From Phycisphaera mikurensis NBRC 102666 (GTDB taxonomy: Bacteria > Planctomycetota > Phycisphaerae > Phycisphaerales > Phycisphaeraceae), in the NCBI RefSeq assembly GCF_000284115.1, contig NC_017081.1:49158-81157 (forward strand): 32,000 nucleotides of DNA, in the 5' to 3' direction. Each line of letters starts with the position of its first letter. Within the stretch, counting starts at the first letter, position 1. The notes beneath the pieces are model-generated. The model had not been told where the DNA came from. It searched no databases and worked only from the letters and a program-made list of their open reading frames with translations. Shown one piece after another: positions 8,397-16,475 of the stretch. The position numbers and the translations under genes are program-made.

Positions 8397-8426
8397 TTGT
8401 GGCAACACTTTACAAAGTCCTATAAT
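8397..8426 (+). promoter_or_regulatory. Candidate sigma70-like promoter (TTGTGG-N18-TATAAT) in the AT-rich divergent gap
   Basis: TTGTGG at 8397-8402 and TATAAT at 8421-8426. It lies about 120 nt upstream of the 8548 gene in the most AT-rich stretch of the window (8390-8450). Confidence 0.3.
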
Positions 8427-8547
8427 CTTAATTATGTATAGTCGTCAGGTTTTTGGACGGTAGGGCGGTCTCGCTACCTGCAGCCACAACGGGTGTGGCA
8501 CACCACCAAACCTAGCTCCCGCAAGCGGCACGAGGTAGAAGCTCACC

Positions 8548-8841
8548 ATGCCCGACAAACCTCTGAAAGAGGACGAGAAACGAGAGTGGATGCTCGCCCT
8601 CGCTCACACGTTCCCGTCGCACCAGCAGTTGAGGATCTGGGACACCGAGGCGGTTGACCACCGAGCGACGCACGGAGCCAGCCACGGCGAGAAGGTCACC
8701 GCCCAGTTCCTCCTGAGCGTCTGGAACCAGTGGCACGCCTACGACGCCGGAGCCTTCGACCTGTTCGAGGCCGTGCGGGTTTGGGACGAGGAGCACTTGA
8801 AGGCGTTCCAGGCGTGGGCTTCAGATCCGGTCTGTTTTTGA
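8548..8841 (+). CDS. Small conserved-looking hypothetical protein (97 aa), ICE/plasmid-associated type
   Basis: ATG 8548 with GAGG upstream. SHGEKVTAQFLLSVWNQWHAYDAGAFDLFEAVRVWDEEHLKAFQAW resembles a small mobile-element family I recall (pattern ..FLL.WWN....G.FDL.DL...D; possibly annotated DUF7673). This is from memory only. Confidence 0.45.
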   Translation: MPDKPLKEDEKREWMLALAHTFPSHQQLRIWDTEAVDHRATHGASHGEKVTAQFLLSVWNQWHAYDAGAFDLFEAVRVWDEEHLKAFQAWASDPVCF

Positions 8842-9018
8842 GAGTTCTGGCGAGTGCTGCCCTCCCGATAGAAGACGTTTTCGAGCGCGCTCTCGTGCTC
8901 CTGGAGGCCCTGGCGCTCTGACCTGATGGCGCTTACACTTCCCGCACACGGATGTGGTGTTGGTGGATCCTGCCCCGGCCCCGCCGCCGCAGAATCTTCT
9001 TCCTTTGAGGTCGTCACG

Positions 9019-10023
9019 ATGATGTCGCAGCTCACCCTGGCGGACGCGACCCCAGAGCGTCGGAAGCTGACGGCGGTGGAGTTCAGCGGGCTCACCGAGG
9101 TTCCGGAGGCGGCGACGTGGTTCGCCAACCTCGACAACGAGAACACGAGGCGTGCCTACCAAGCCGATGTGCGGGATTTCATGGAGTTCCTGGGCATCCG
9201 GGAGCCCGAGGACCTGCGGGCGGTCACCCGGGCCCACGTGATCGCTTGGCGGACATCGCTGACGGAGGCACCAGAGGACGGTGGTCGGGGCCTCGCGCCG
9301 GCCTCGGTGCAGCGGAAGCTCGGTGCGGTGTCCTCGCTCTTCGAGCACCTCTGTGACCGCAACGCGGTGGCGGGCAATCCGGTCCGCGGGGTGAAGCGTC
9401 CATCGCGGGACGTCCAGGCCGGGCGGACCCCCGCCCTCGGTGACGAGGAGGCACAACGACTGCTCGATGCACCGAAGGGCAACGGGCTGAAGGCCCTCCG
9501 GGACCGAGCGATCCTGTCCTGCTACCTCTTCCATGCGCTGCGTCGCTCGGAGCTTGCCTCCCTCACGGTCGGCAGCATCACCCGGCGACGCGGGGTGCCG
9601 CACCTCACCGTCCTCGGCAAGGGCGGGAAGACTCGATACGTCCCCGCACATCAGGGGACACTCGCCGCCATCCGCGCTTACCTCGCCGAGGCGGGTCATG
9701 GCGACGATCCCGCCGCCCCCCTCTTCCGGCCGGTCGTGAACCCGGCCGGCTCCCCCGATCGGGGCATCAGCGGGGACGGGATCTACGTGGCGGTGAAGAA
9801 GTACGCCGCCGAGGCTGGCATTGAGGTCGAGGGCCTGTGCCTGCACGCCCTCCGCGCCACGGCCGCGACCAACGCCCTTGAGAACGGGGCGGACCTGGCC
9901 GCCGTCCAAGAATGGCTCGGTCACGCCAGCATCGAGACCACCCGCCTCTACGACCACCGGCACGTGCGGGCGCATGATTCGCCGACGTTCAGCGTGCGGT
10001 ACGGGTCGGCGGAATCATCCTGA
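9019..10023 (+). CDS. int: Tyrosine recombinase / phage-type integrase
   Basis: N-terminal SAM-like core-binding segment (TRRAYQADVRDFMEFLG). Catalytic signature: LFHALRRSELASL (Arg I), GKGGKTRYVP (Lys), LHALRATAAT (H-x-x-R), LGHASIETTRLYD (His...Tyr). Alternative ATG at 8926. Confidence 0.9.
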   Translation: MMSQLTLADATPERRKLTAVEFSGLTEVPEAATWFANLDNENTRRAYQADVRDFMEFLGIREPEDLRAVTRAHVIAWRTSLTEAPEDGGRGLAPASVQRKLGAVSSLFEHLCDRNAVAGNPVRGVKRPSRDVQAGRTPALGDEEAQRLLDAPKGNGLKALRDRAILSCYLFHALRRSELASLTVGSITRRRGVPHLTVLGKGGKTRYVPAHQGTLAAIRAYLAEAGHGDDPAAPLFRPVVNPAGSPDRGISGDGIYVAVKKYAAEAGIEVEGLCLHALRATAATNALENGADLAAVQEWLGHASIETTRLYDHRHVRAHDSPTFSVRYGSAESS

Positions 10024-10053
10024 GCGCGGCCGGTCCACCGGAGTTCTTTCACC

Positions 10054-11130
10054 ATGCCCGATGCCCCTCAACCCTTCCTGGCCATGTACCGCGAAAGCGT
10101 CGCCGCCTGGTGCGGCAGCATGCCCGAGGGGTTGTTGTGCCCCTTCTCCGGCTTGGATGTCTCAGAGACGTCTCTTTGCCAAGGCCATTTGATTCCGAAG
10201 TGCGTCGACCACTGGCGCGGCGGCGGAACGGTCCCCCAGCACGCTGAGCTTGACCACTACTTCGGCCGCACCCTGGACCGTGAATTGGCGAAGCTGGTCG
10301 CCAATGGCCGCCAGCCGCTGTTGAGTGCGCTCGCCAACGCGGACCGGATCCGCATCCAGCACGAAACCGATGACCCATGCTCGAGCGATGTCTGGGCATA
10401 TCCCAAGGGTGAGATGTCTCCAGGCAAGGCGGCCAAGGCAGGCGCCGCGGTCTTGCAATTTCACCCGGACGGGGAGTCACCCTTGACGTTCTCGATCCGG
10501 GCTTCGCCGATGGACCTCGCCCGCCTGCGTCGTACCGAACCTCTGAACCTTCGTCTTCACGCGGAAGGCGGCGTCGCTGATCTGCGGCTCGGTGGCGCAG
10601 CATTGGTTCGAGCTGCGTTTCTCATGTGGTTTCGGAGCGACCCGATGTTCGCGTTCTGCAACAACCTCCGCGGATGGATCGTCGATCCCTTCGTGCAGGC
10701 CTTTCAGGAGGACCGCCGACTCGAGGAGTGCGGTGACCTGTATGACCGCTTCGAGGGAAGCGTGAAGGTGTTGTCAATCAAGCCGAACCCGAGGCCCGAG
10801 CAGGTAGAGGCCCTGGACTCGCTGAAAGCGGGTCACTACGTGATGCACACAACCACCCAGCGTTTCCCGGATCTGGCTCCTTTTGCCATCTCGGCGCTGC
10901 TTCGCGGCAGCCGACACGCATCCCTCGCCATCACCCTGCCTTTCGCTACGCGCCCAGAAAACCGGGAGGAGAGCCTCCAGCTCTACCGCAGGTACCAGAC
11001 GGACCCAGCATGGCCACACACCCGGACCTTCGTGCGGCTCGAACCCGGTGCGTTCGACGTGTACACCGGGCTTCCCGGGCCGGATGCAGAACGGAAGAGC
11101 TTCCGCAGCGGAACCAAGCTTGCCGCCTGA
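10054..11130 (+). CDS. Hypothetical protein (358 aa) with Cys/His-rich N-terminal motif; possible degenerate HNH-like module
   Basis: Starts 30 nt after the integrase stop on the same strand. N-terminus has C20, C29, C42, H45, C50 (LCPFSGLDVSETSLCQGHLIPKC), followed by AELDHYFGRTLDRELAKL. This resembles the ..EH.IP...GG ... CN..fG..vD layout of HNH_5-type proteins, but without the CxxC/Asn. The rest is unrecognised. Confidence 0.5.
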   Translation: MPDAPQPFLAMYRESVAAWCGSMPEGLLCPFSGLDVSETSLCQGHLIPKCVDHWRGGGTVPQHAELDHYFGRTLDRELAKLVANGRQPLLSALANADRIRIQHETDDPCSSDVWAYPKGEMSPGKAAKAGAAVLQFHPDGESPLTFSIRASPMDLARLRRTEPLNLRLHAEGGVADLRLGGAALVRAAFLMWFRSDPMFAFCNNLRGWIVDPFVQAFQEDRRLEECGDLYDRFEGSVKVLSIKPNPRPEQVEALDSLKAGHYVMHTTTQRFPDLAPFAISALLRGSRHASLAITLPFATRPENREESLQLYRRYQTDPAWPHTRTFVRLEPGAFDVYTGLPGPDAERKSFRSGTKLAA

Positions 11131-11149
11131 GAGAAGCACCGTGACACGC

Positions 11150-11395
11150 TCATGCTGATGAAGAGAGCTTCTGCCGCGTCCACGCTTTGAAGCCGGGGTC
11201 GGCCGACAGGAAGTGTTCGAGGATGGCGACGCCAAGCTTCTGCTTGGTGGCCAAATCGCCGTGATGCTCCCGGTGATAGCTGACATACGCGTCCAGCTCT
11301 TGGTTGAGCTTTGGCGGAAGGGACAGCGCGAGGCGTTCGACCTTCCCCTCCGGGGGAAGGGGACCGAGAACGGGGGCGGCGGGGCTGGAGGGCAT
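11150..11395 (-). CDS. DUF2274-family protein (terminal gene of Tn4371-type trb operons)
   Basis: 81 aa. GPLPPEGKVERLALSLPPKLNQELDAYVSYH...LGVAILEHFLSADPGFKAW fits the remembered DUF2274 pattern LGPLPD.k.vKl...LP..l...L..YA......l...mL..F...D..F. It sits 6 nt downstream of trbI, as in Tn4371-like elements. Confidence 0.7.
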   Translation of the reverse strand: MPSSPAAPVLGPLPPEGKVERLALSLPPKLNQELDAYVSYHREHHGDLATKQKLGVAILEHFLSADPGFKAWTRQKLSSSA

Positions 11396-11400
11396 GGGGA

Positions 11401-12726
11401 TCAGTACCGGTAGGGCTCAAGGAGGAGGTCTTCTTCCACCAGCACGCGAACCCGTGCGCCCTGGCGGATCTTGATCGTGGGTTGAACGTCGAGCACCCGG
11501 TCGACGATGCGGCCGCCAACCCGCGTGGACTCGAGGGCGACGGAGTCGCCGATGAGGTCTTCGTCTCGGCCGCTGTCGCGGTCCCGGGCAGAGTTGGCCC
11601 CGTAGGTGATGGCGGTCGAGAGCAGCACGCCGCCGAGCAGGCGATCGAGGTGGTAGTCCACCTTGTCCTTCACGCCGGCCGCTCCGGTGGGGTCTGTGCC
11701 GAGCAACGCGTCGAGGATCAGCGAGCTGCCATCGGGGAACAGCAGCCGCTCCCACACCAGCAGCGCCCGGTCCTGCCCGTTGCTCACGAGGCTGTCGTAG
11801 CTGCCCAGCAGCCGGGCCCCCTGCGGGATGAGCAGGTGCTGCCCGGTCACCGAATCGTAGACCGGAGAGGTCACCTGGGCGACGATGCGCCCGGGCAGGT
11901 CGGTGTTGATGGCGGTGAGGAGGCTCGCGGCGACGGTGCTCCCAGCCTGCAGCGTGTACGGGCTTGACGGCTGTCTCAGCCGCTCTGGCAGCACCGGCCG
12001 CACCCCCCCACCGCCCTCCTCGGTGAAGGCCCGCTTCTCCAACTGGAGGTTCGTGTCCACCGTCGGCGTCCTCTCCGCCACCAGCGGCGACACCGGCGTT
12101 TCAATCCCGCCGAGGGATCCGGCGCCTGGGGCGAGGCCCGGGCCGAAGAGATCTGTCCCGGCGGATCCGGCGGCAGCCGGCAGCGGCGGCGCAAAGAAGA
12201 CGGAGCTGCGATACGCCGTCGCGCTCGCCTCTTCGCTCGCCCGCTGGATCGCCTCCACCTTGGCCATGAGATCGGCGACCTCCGCCGCCGTGGGACCGGA
12301 GGGCATTCCGGCGCCTTGCGGAGCTGCTTCGCTCGTGACTGGCGTCGCGGAGGCCACAGATTCGGGTGCCGCTGCAGAAGCCCCGGTGGCGGTGGCGGCC
12401 GTGGCTCCCGTTGTCTCCGACACGAGGCTCGCGTAGGAGAGCGGTCCGAAGTCGCGTGGGTCGGCGTCTCCATACGTCACGGGCAGGCGCATCGTGGCGG
12501 TCGGCGTCGCCACCGAGCGGACCGGTGCACTTTGCGCCTGCTCCTCGGCCGGGACCGGGTCAGAGGAACCCCACATCAGGATCGCCGCCACCACTACGAC
12601 CAACACGCCCACCGCCACGGCCACCGTCCGCTTGTTGACGCCGACAACCCGTTCGTCCACAGCGGTGCCCGGCTCGCCATCGATGGCGTCCTCGAAGCTC
12701 TCCTTGCTCGCACCGGGGGTGGACAT
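11401..12726 (-). CDS. trbI: Conjugal transfer protein TrbI (VirB10 family)
   Basis: N-terminal TM (VAVAVGVLVVVVAAILMW), a Pro/Ala-rich linker, and a C-terminal VirB10 domain (...VDYHLDRLLGGVLLSTAITYG...DVQPTIKIRQGARVRVLVEEDLLLEPY). ATG 12726 shares one nt with the trbG stop (TGATG); GTG 12729 is the alternative. Confidence 0.9.
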   Translation of the reverse strand: MSTPGASKESFEDAIDGEPGTAVDERVVGVNKRTVAVAVGVLVVVVAAILMWGSSDPVPAEEQAQSAPVRSVATPTATMRLPVTYGDADPRDFGPLSYASLVSETTGATAATATGASAAAPESVASATPVTSEAAPQGAGMPSGPTAAEVADLMAKVEAIQRASEEASATAYRSSVFFAPPLPAAAGSAGTDLFGPGLAPGAGSLGGIETPVSPLVAERTPTVDTNLQLEKRAFTEEGGGGVRPVLPERLRQPSSPYTLQAGSTVAASLLTAINTDLPGRIVAQVTSPVYDSVTGQHLLIPQGARLLGSYDSLVSNGQDRALLVWERLLFPDGSSLILDALLGTDPTGAAGVKDKVDYHLDRLLGGVLLSTAITYGANSARDRDSGRDEDLIGDSVALESTRVGGRIVDRVLDVQPTIKIRQGARVRVLVEEDLLLEPYRY

Positions 12727-13754
12727 CACGGCGCCTCCCCGAAGAAACCGCCCTCGTAGGCGATGACGACCTCGTCCGCCGCGTCCTTGCCCACCTTCAG
12801 CACCGCGGTGTCGAAGACGGTGTCGACGACGTACAGCCCATTCACCACGCGGTAGTTCACCAACTCGTCCTCACGGCTCCCGGGCCGCCGCACAAACAGC
12901 GGCGGGGCCTCGGTCTGGAGGACGTGCGGCGGGAACTGGATGAAGGTTTTGTGCCCGTCATGGAAGACGCGGAGCGGCGTCCACCGCGGAGCGCGACGAG
13001 GCTTCCGTGGGCGGACAGCGAAGTCGAAGTCCAGGGCACCCACGTTGGCGACGATCGGGTTGCCGCCACCAGCCGCCGCGCCCGCACCTGCTTCCTGCAC
13101 CGCCCCGCCGGCGTCGGACGCGGCGGGCAAGCCCGGCACCACCGCCCCACCGGGGTACGTCCACGCCACCAACGACTGGAACGCATTGGCGTCGTCGGCG
13201 TCCGCCAGCAGCTCCAGCTGGTACAGGCGGCGGTCCGTGGTGACCACGAGGTTCGTCGCCAGTGGCGCCGACACCGGCTTCACCAGCAGCGTCACCTGTG
13301 CGGCGGAGCCCTCGCCCACGCGGGTCTCCTCCACCATCCACCGCTCGGTGTCGCCCGCGGCGCGGGAGATGACACGCTCGCCAGGCTCGAGCAGGAGCGA
13401 CGTGAGGAAGCCGGGCCGCGTGCGGACCTGATAGACGGTGCCGGGACGCCAGAAGTGGTGGACGCCCGAACGCAGCGAGCGGCCGTCGCCGGCGGCCACC
13501 AGGGCCGCGTCTGGCGAGGCACTCGCCTCTTGGAGATACGGAGCGAGGTCCACCCGCGTCGGCGCGGGCCCGAAGGCGGCTTCGTGCTCCTCCAGCGTCG
13601 TGGGCCCCCGTGCCGGTGCCAACGGTTCGACGTGTGGCTGGGTCTGCACCAGCTGGAGGTCCGGGCCGCGGTACGGCGGCGGGGAGCTGGTGCAGCCTGC
13701 AAGGAATGCAGCGGCCACGCCTGCCGGGAGGAGGAGCAGGAAGATCAGTTTCAT
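12726..13754 (-). CDS. trbG: Conjugal transfer lipoprotein TrbG (VirB9 family)
   Basis: ATG 13754 overlaps the trbF stop (ATGA). Lipobox MKLIFLLLLPAGVAAAFLAGC. VirB9/CagX-like core YQVRTRPGFLTSLLLEPGERVISRAAGDTERWMVEE...TNLVVTTDRRLYQLEL. Confidence 0.9.
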   Translation of the reverse strand: MKLIFLLLLPAGVAAAFLAGCTSSPPPYRGPDLQLVQTQPHVEPLAPARGPTTLEEHEAAFGPAPTRVDLAPYLQEASASPDAALVAAGDGRSLRSGVHHFWRPGTVYQVRTRPGFLTSLLLEPGERVISRAAGDTERWMVEETRVGEGSAAQVTLLVKPVSAPLATNLVVTTDRRLYQLELLADADDANAFQSLVAWTYPGGAVVPGLPAASDAGGAVQEAGAGAAAGGGNPIVANVGALDFDFAVRPRKPRRAPRWTPLRVFHDGHKTFIQFPPHVLQTEAPPLFVRRPGSREDELVNYRVVNGLYVVDTVFDTAVLKVGKDAADEVVIAYEGGFFGEAP

Positions 13755-14458
13755 GAAGGCGCTCCTTCGCTCACCGCCACCCGGGTGTCGCGGGACCAGG
13801 AGATCGCGTGCACGAAGGTGCCCAGCGGGTTCTCGAAGGCCGCGTCGGCCGTCGTCGGCTCGACCAAGCGGTAGCGGAAGATCCCGGTCCAGGGCTGCGA
13901 CGACACGGCCATCCCGCGATCGACCACCTGCTCGGTCCACCGCAGCTGCAGGCTCTCGTCGCTCAACCGGACCACTGAGTCGACGTCAACCGCGATCAAC
14001 ACCTCTTGGGCCTCGCGGGCTTCGCCCAGCTGATTCATCGTCAGCACGGCGTCGCCGGCGAGGAAGTCGTATGCGCGTTTCCAGTTCCGCCGCTGCACGA
14101 CCGGGTCCGACGGTTTGCTCCGCATGAGGACCAGGAGGTCCGCCACCGTCCGCTGCACCATCGCCTCGGTTGGGTTCCACCCGCGGCTGGACGCTTCCAC
14201 CCGCGTGGGCCGGCCCTGCTCGTTGACCTCAACCACATACAGCTCGACCTGCTTCTCGCGGACTGCCCCCACGAGCGCGACCGCCTGGACGGCCACGACC
14301 AGTGCCAGCCCCGCCACGAGGACGCCGAGCACGATGGCCAACCGCCGGACAGCCCCCATGCGGCGGTCGGTCATCTGCGCCGCACGGACGAAGGGCGACT
14401 CGGAGTCCGCGAGGCTGCCGCGCTTCGCGGAGCGGAAGAGTTGGTGGGGGAAGCTCAT
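13751..14458 (-). CDS. trbF: Conjugal transfer protein TrbF (VirB8 family)
   Basis: 235 aa. A single N-terminal TM (LAIVLGVLVAGLALVVAVQAVALV) followed by a periplasmic NTF2-like VirB8 domain (LYVVEVNEQGRP...WTGIFRYRLVEP...NPLGTFVHAISWS). Position between trbL and trbG. Confidence 0.85.
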   Translation of the reverse strand: MSFPHQLFRSAKRGSLADSESPFVRAAQMTDRRMGAVRRLAIVLGVLVAGLALVVAVQAVALVGAVREKQVELYVVEVNEQGRPTRVEASSRGWNPTEAMVQRTVADLLVLMRSKPSDPVVQRRNWKRAYDFLAGDAVLTMNQLGEAREAQEVLIAVDVDSVVRLSDESLQLRWTEQVVDRGMAVSSQPWTGIFRYRLVEPTTADAAFENPLGTFVHAISWSRDTRVAVSEGAPS

Positions 14459-14463
14459 GATCG

Positions 14464-15621
14464 TCAGAAGGAAGGGGCACCACCACCGCCACCGCCGCCA
14501 CCGGTCGCGCGGTCCAAGAGCCGGCTCGCGGCCTGAGCGTGACGACCCGTGGAACTGCGGGGGTCGGGGACGGGTCGCGCCGCCCAGGCCCCGCGACCCG
14601 CGGATACCACGCTGCCCACGCTGGCCCCAAACTCCCTCGCGCTGCTGGACCCGGTGAGGACGCCGACCCCCGTGGCCGCGGCGCCGGCGGCGGGCCCGGC
14701 GGAAGCCTGGACGACGCTCGCTGCGGCGCGGGTGGCCGCAAGGGCAGGCTCGCCAGCCGCCGCACCCGCCGCCACCGTGCGGGCCGTGCCCGCCCCCGCG
14801 GCGGCGAAGGTTCCGGCCCCGAGCGATGGGCCGCCACTCACGAGGTCAGCGGCGTAACGCGGCGCGAGGATGGTCATCGCGAGCATCAGGAACGAGCCGA
14901 GGATGATCCCCGAAGTCCGCGCAGCCGTCAGCTCGTCCAGCGTCGCGGGAACCATGCCGACCATCAGGCTCTCGGTGAGCCCCACCACCAGCGCCATCGA
15001 GGCGACGCGGAGCCCCGAGGAGAACACCCAGGCCACCGGCCTCTCCGCGATCCAAGCGGTGGGCTTGAAGAGTGCAAAGGGCATCGTGAGCAGCGCGAGC
15101 AGCGAGCCCACTTGGAAGATGAGCACGGCGAAGAAGATGCCGATCGCCAGGATGAAGAAAGCCGCGAGCACCGCGACCCAGGCGAAGCCGAGGCTCGCGA
15201 TCTCGATGAAGTTCCAGAAGAAGGCGGCCGGACCGCTGAGCGAGCCCATCTTCTCAGCGATCCGCTCGAGAATCGTCACGCCCCGCTGCGCCACTGCCCC
15301 GGGGTTCAGAAACTGCTCCGTGGTAAGCGTGCTCCCCCCGGCCCGAAGCCCTCCGCTCGCAAAGCTCGAATAGACGATCCACGTCAGGTAGTCCCACTGC
15401 CGCACGATCCAGATGAGAACCCCCGTGCTGACGATGCGACGCGCAATCTGACCAGCACTCACGTCCGTGCCGAACATCCAGAAGAAGGCTGCCGTGACGA
15501 CATTGAGAAGCAGCAGCACCTCCATCAGCGACTCGCTCGGTGCAGAGAGCAGCCCGAAGCCGGTGTCCACCGTCTGCAGGAACTGGTTCAGGAAGACGTT
15601 GATGCCGCTGACGTCGTTCAT
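14464..15621 (-). CDS. trbL: Conjugal transfer protein TrbL (VirB6 family)
   Basis: Polytopic membrane protein with at least 5 hydrophobic segments and a Gly/Ala-rich low-complexity C-terminal tail ending GGGGGGGGAPSF. Sits between trbJ and trbF, as in P-type T4SS. Confidence 0.85.
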   Translation of the reverse strand: MNDVSGINVFLNQFLQTVDTGFGLLSAPSESLMEVLLLLNVVTAAFFWMFGTDVSAGQIARRIVSTGVLIWIVRQWDYLTWIVYSSFASGGLRAGGSTLTTEQFLNPGAVAQRGVTILERIAEKMGSLSGPAAFFWNFIEIASLGFAWVAVLAAFFILAIGIFFAVLIFQVGSLLALLTMPFALFKPTAWIAERPVAWVFSSGLRVASMALVVGLTESLMVGMVPATLDELTAARTSGIILGSFLMLAMTILAPRYAADLVSGGPSLGAGTFAAAGAGTARTVAAGAAAGEPALAATRAAASVVQASAGPAAGAAATGVGVLTGSSSAREFGASVGSVVSAGRGAWAARPVPDPRSSTGRHAQAASRLLDRATGGGGGGGGAPSF

Positions 15622-15671
15622 GGCGTTTCAGGTGCGGGCGAGAGGCGGGCGAAGGAGAGACGGCGGCGGCG

Positions 15672-16475
15672 TCAGCGGACAGGCACGGCGACCGCTGCCA
15701 ATGAGGCGGTGGTGCTGGCCCCGGCTCGAAAGGCCTCCCGCTGCTGCCGCGCGAGCTCCTCGTCGTCGTTGGCTCGCGCCGCTGTCACCAGCTCTCTCCG
15801 CTCCTGCGAGAGCAGGCTCAGGTGCAGCGCCTGCAACTCGGACACCACTTCACCCAGCATCTGGCTGTTGGCCTGGACCGCGGCCTTGGTTCCCGCGGCG
15901 TTCTGCGACGCCTGCCCGATCCCAGCCACCTCCGTCGAGCGATCCTCCATCCCCGTCACCGCGTCCTCCACCACCAGGGCCGAGGCCCGCGCCGCGTCCC
16001 GCTCAGCTTCCCGCTTGAAGGCCATCTGCAGCTCGTGCTCTTGGATGTGCTGGGCGGCGACCACGTCAGCGTGAACGCCGGGGAAGACTTGGTTGAACCA
16101 GTCCTCGGTGATGCCCTCTTGGATCCGGATGGAGTACGCGACCGCCCCCCACCGCCCACGGAGCGACTGCAGCGAGTTGGACGCGGCCTGCCAGCTGCTG
16201 AAGTCCAGATCCTGCAGCGACCGGATCTGCAGCTGGATCTGCTGGGCCTGGTTTTGCATCTGGGCGTACTGGGTCGTGAGGTCCTCGGCCTTCTGCGCGA
16301 TCTCGTACACCTGGTTGACGATCGATTCCGCCATCTGCGCAAACGCGGCCGGGTCGTAGACGATGTCGCCGACGCCGAAGATGGCGGCCGCCTTGGGGGC
16401 GGGTGCAAGCGAGAGCGCGGCGGCGAGTGCAACCACCGCGGTGCCGCGGCACGGGAGGGAGGAGGTGTGTCTCAT
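15672..16475 (-). CDS. trbJ: Conjugal transfer protein TrbJ (VirB5-like)
   Basis: ATG 16475 overlaps the trbE stop (ATGA). Signal peptide ...AVVALAAALSLAPAPKAAA, then IFGVGDIVYDPAAFAQMAESIVNQVYEIAQKAEDLTTQYAQMQNQAQQIQLQIRSL, the typical TrbJ coiled-coil. Confidence 0.8.
   Translation of the reverse strand: MRHTSSLPCRGTAVVALAAALSLAPAPKAAAIFGVGDIVYDPAAFAQMAESIVNQVYEIAQKAEDLTTQYAQMQNQAQQIQLQIRSLQDLDFSSWQAASNSLQSLRGRWGAVAYSIRIQEGITEDWFNQVFPGVHADVVAAQHIQEHELQMAFKREAERDAARASALVVEDAVTGMEDRSTEVAGIGQASQNAAGTKAAVQANSQMLGEVVSELQALHLSLLSQERRELVTAARANDDEELARQQREAFRAGASTTASLAAVAVPVR

Noticed and set aside
8362-9018. Search for a tRNA gene or att core next to the integrase
   Set aside because: I could not find a cloverleaf-compatible sequence or T-loop motif (GTTCRANYC). 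Small hairpins at 8461-8480 and 8483-8499 look like leader structure. No repeat partner is visible inside the window.
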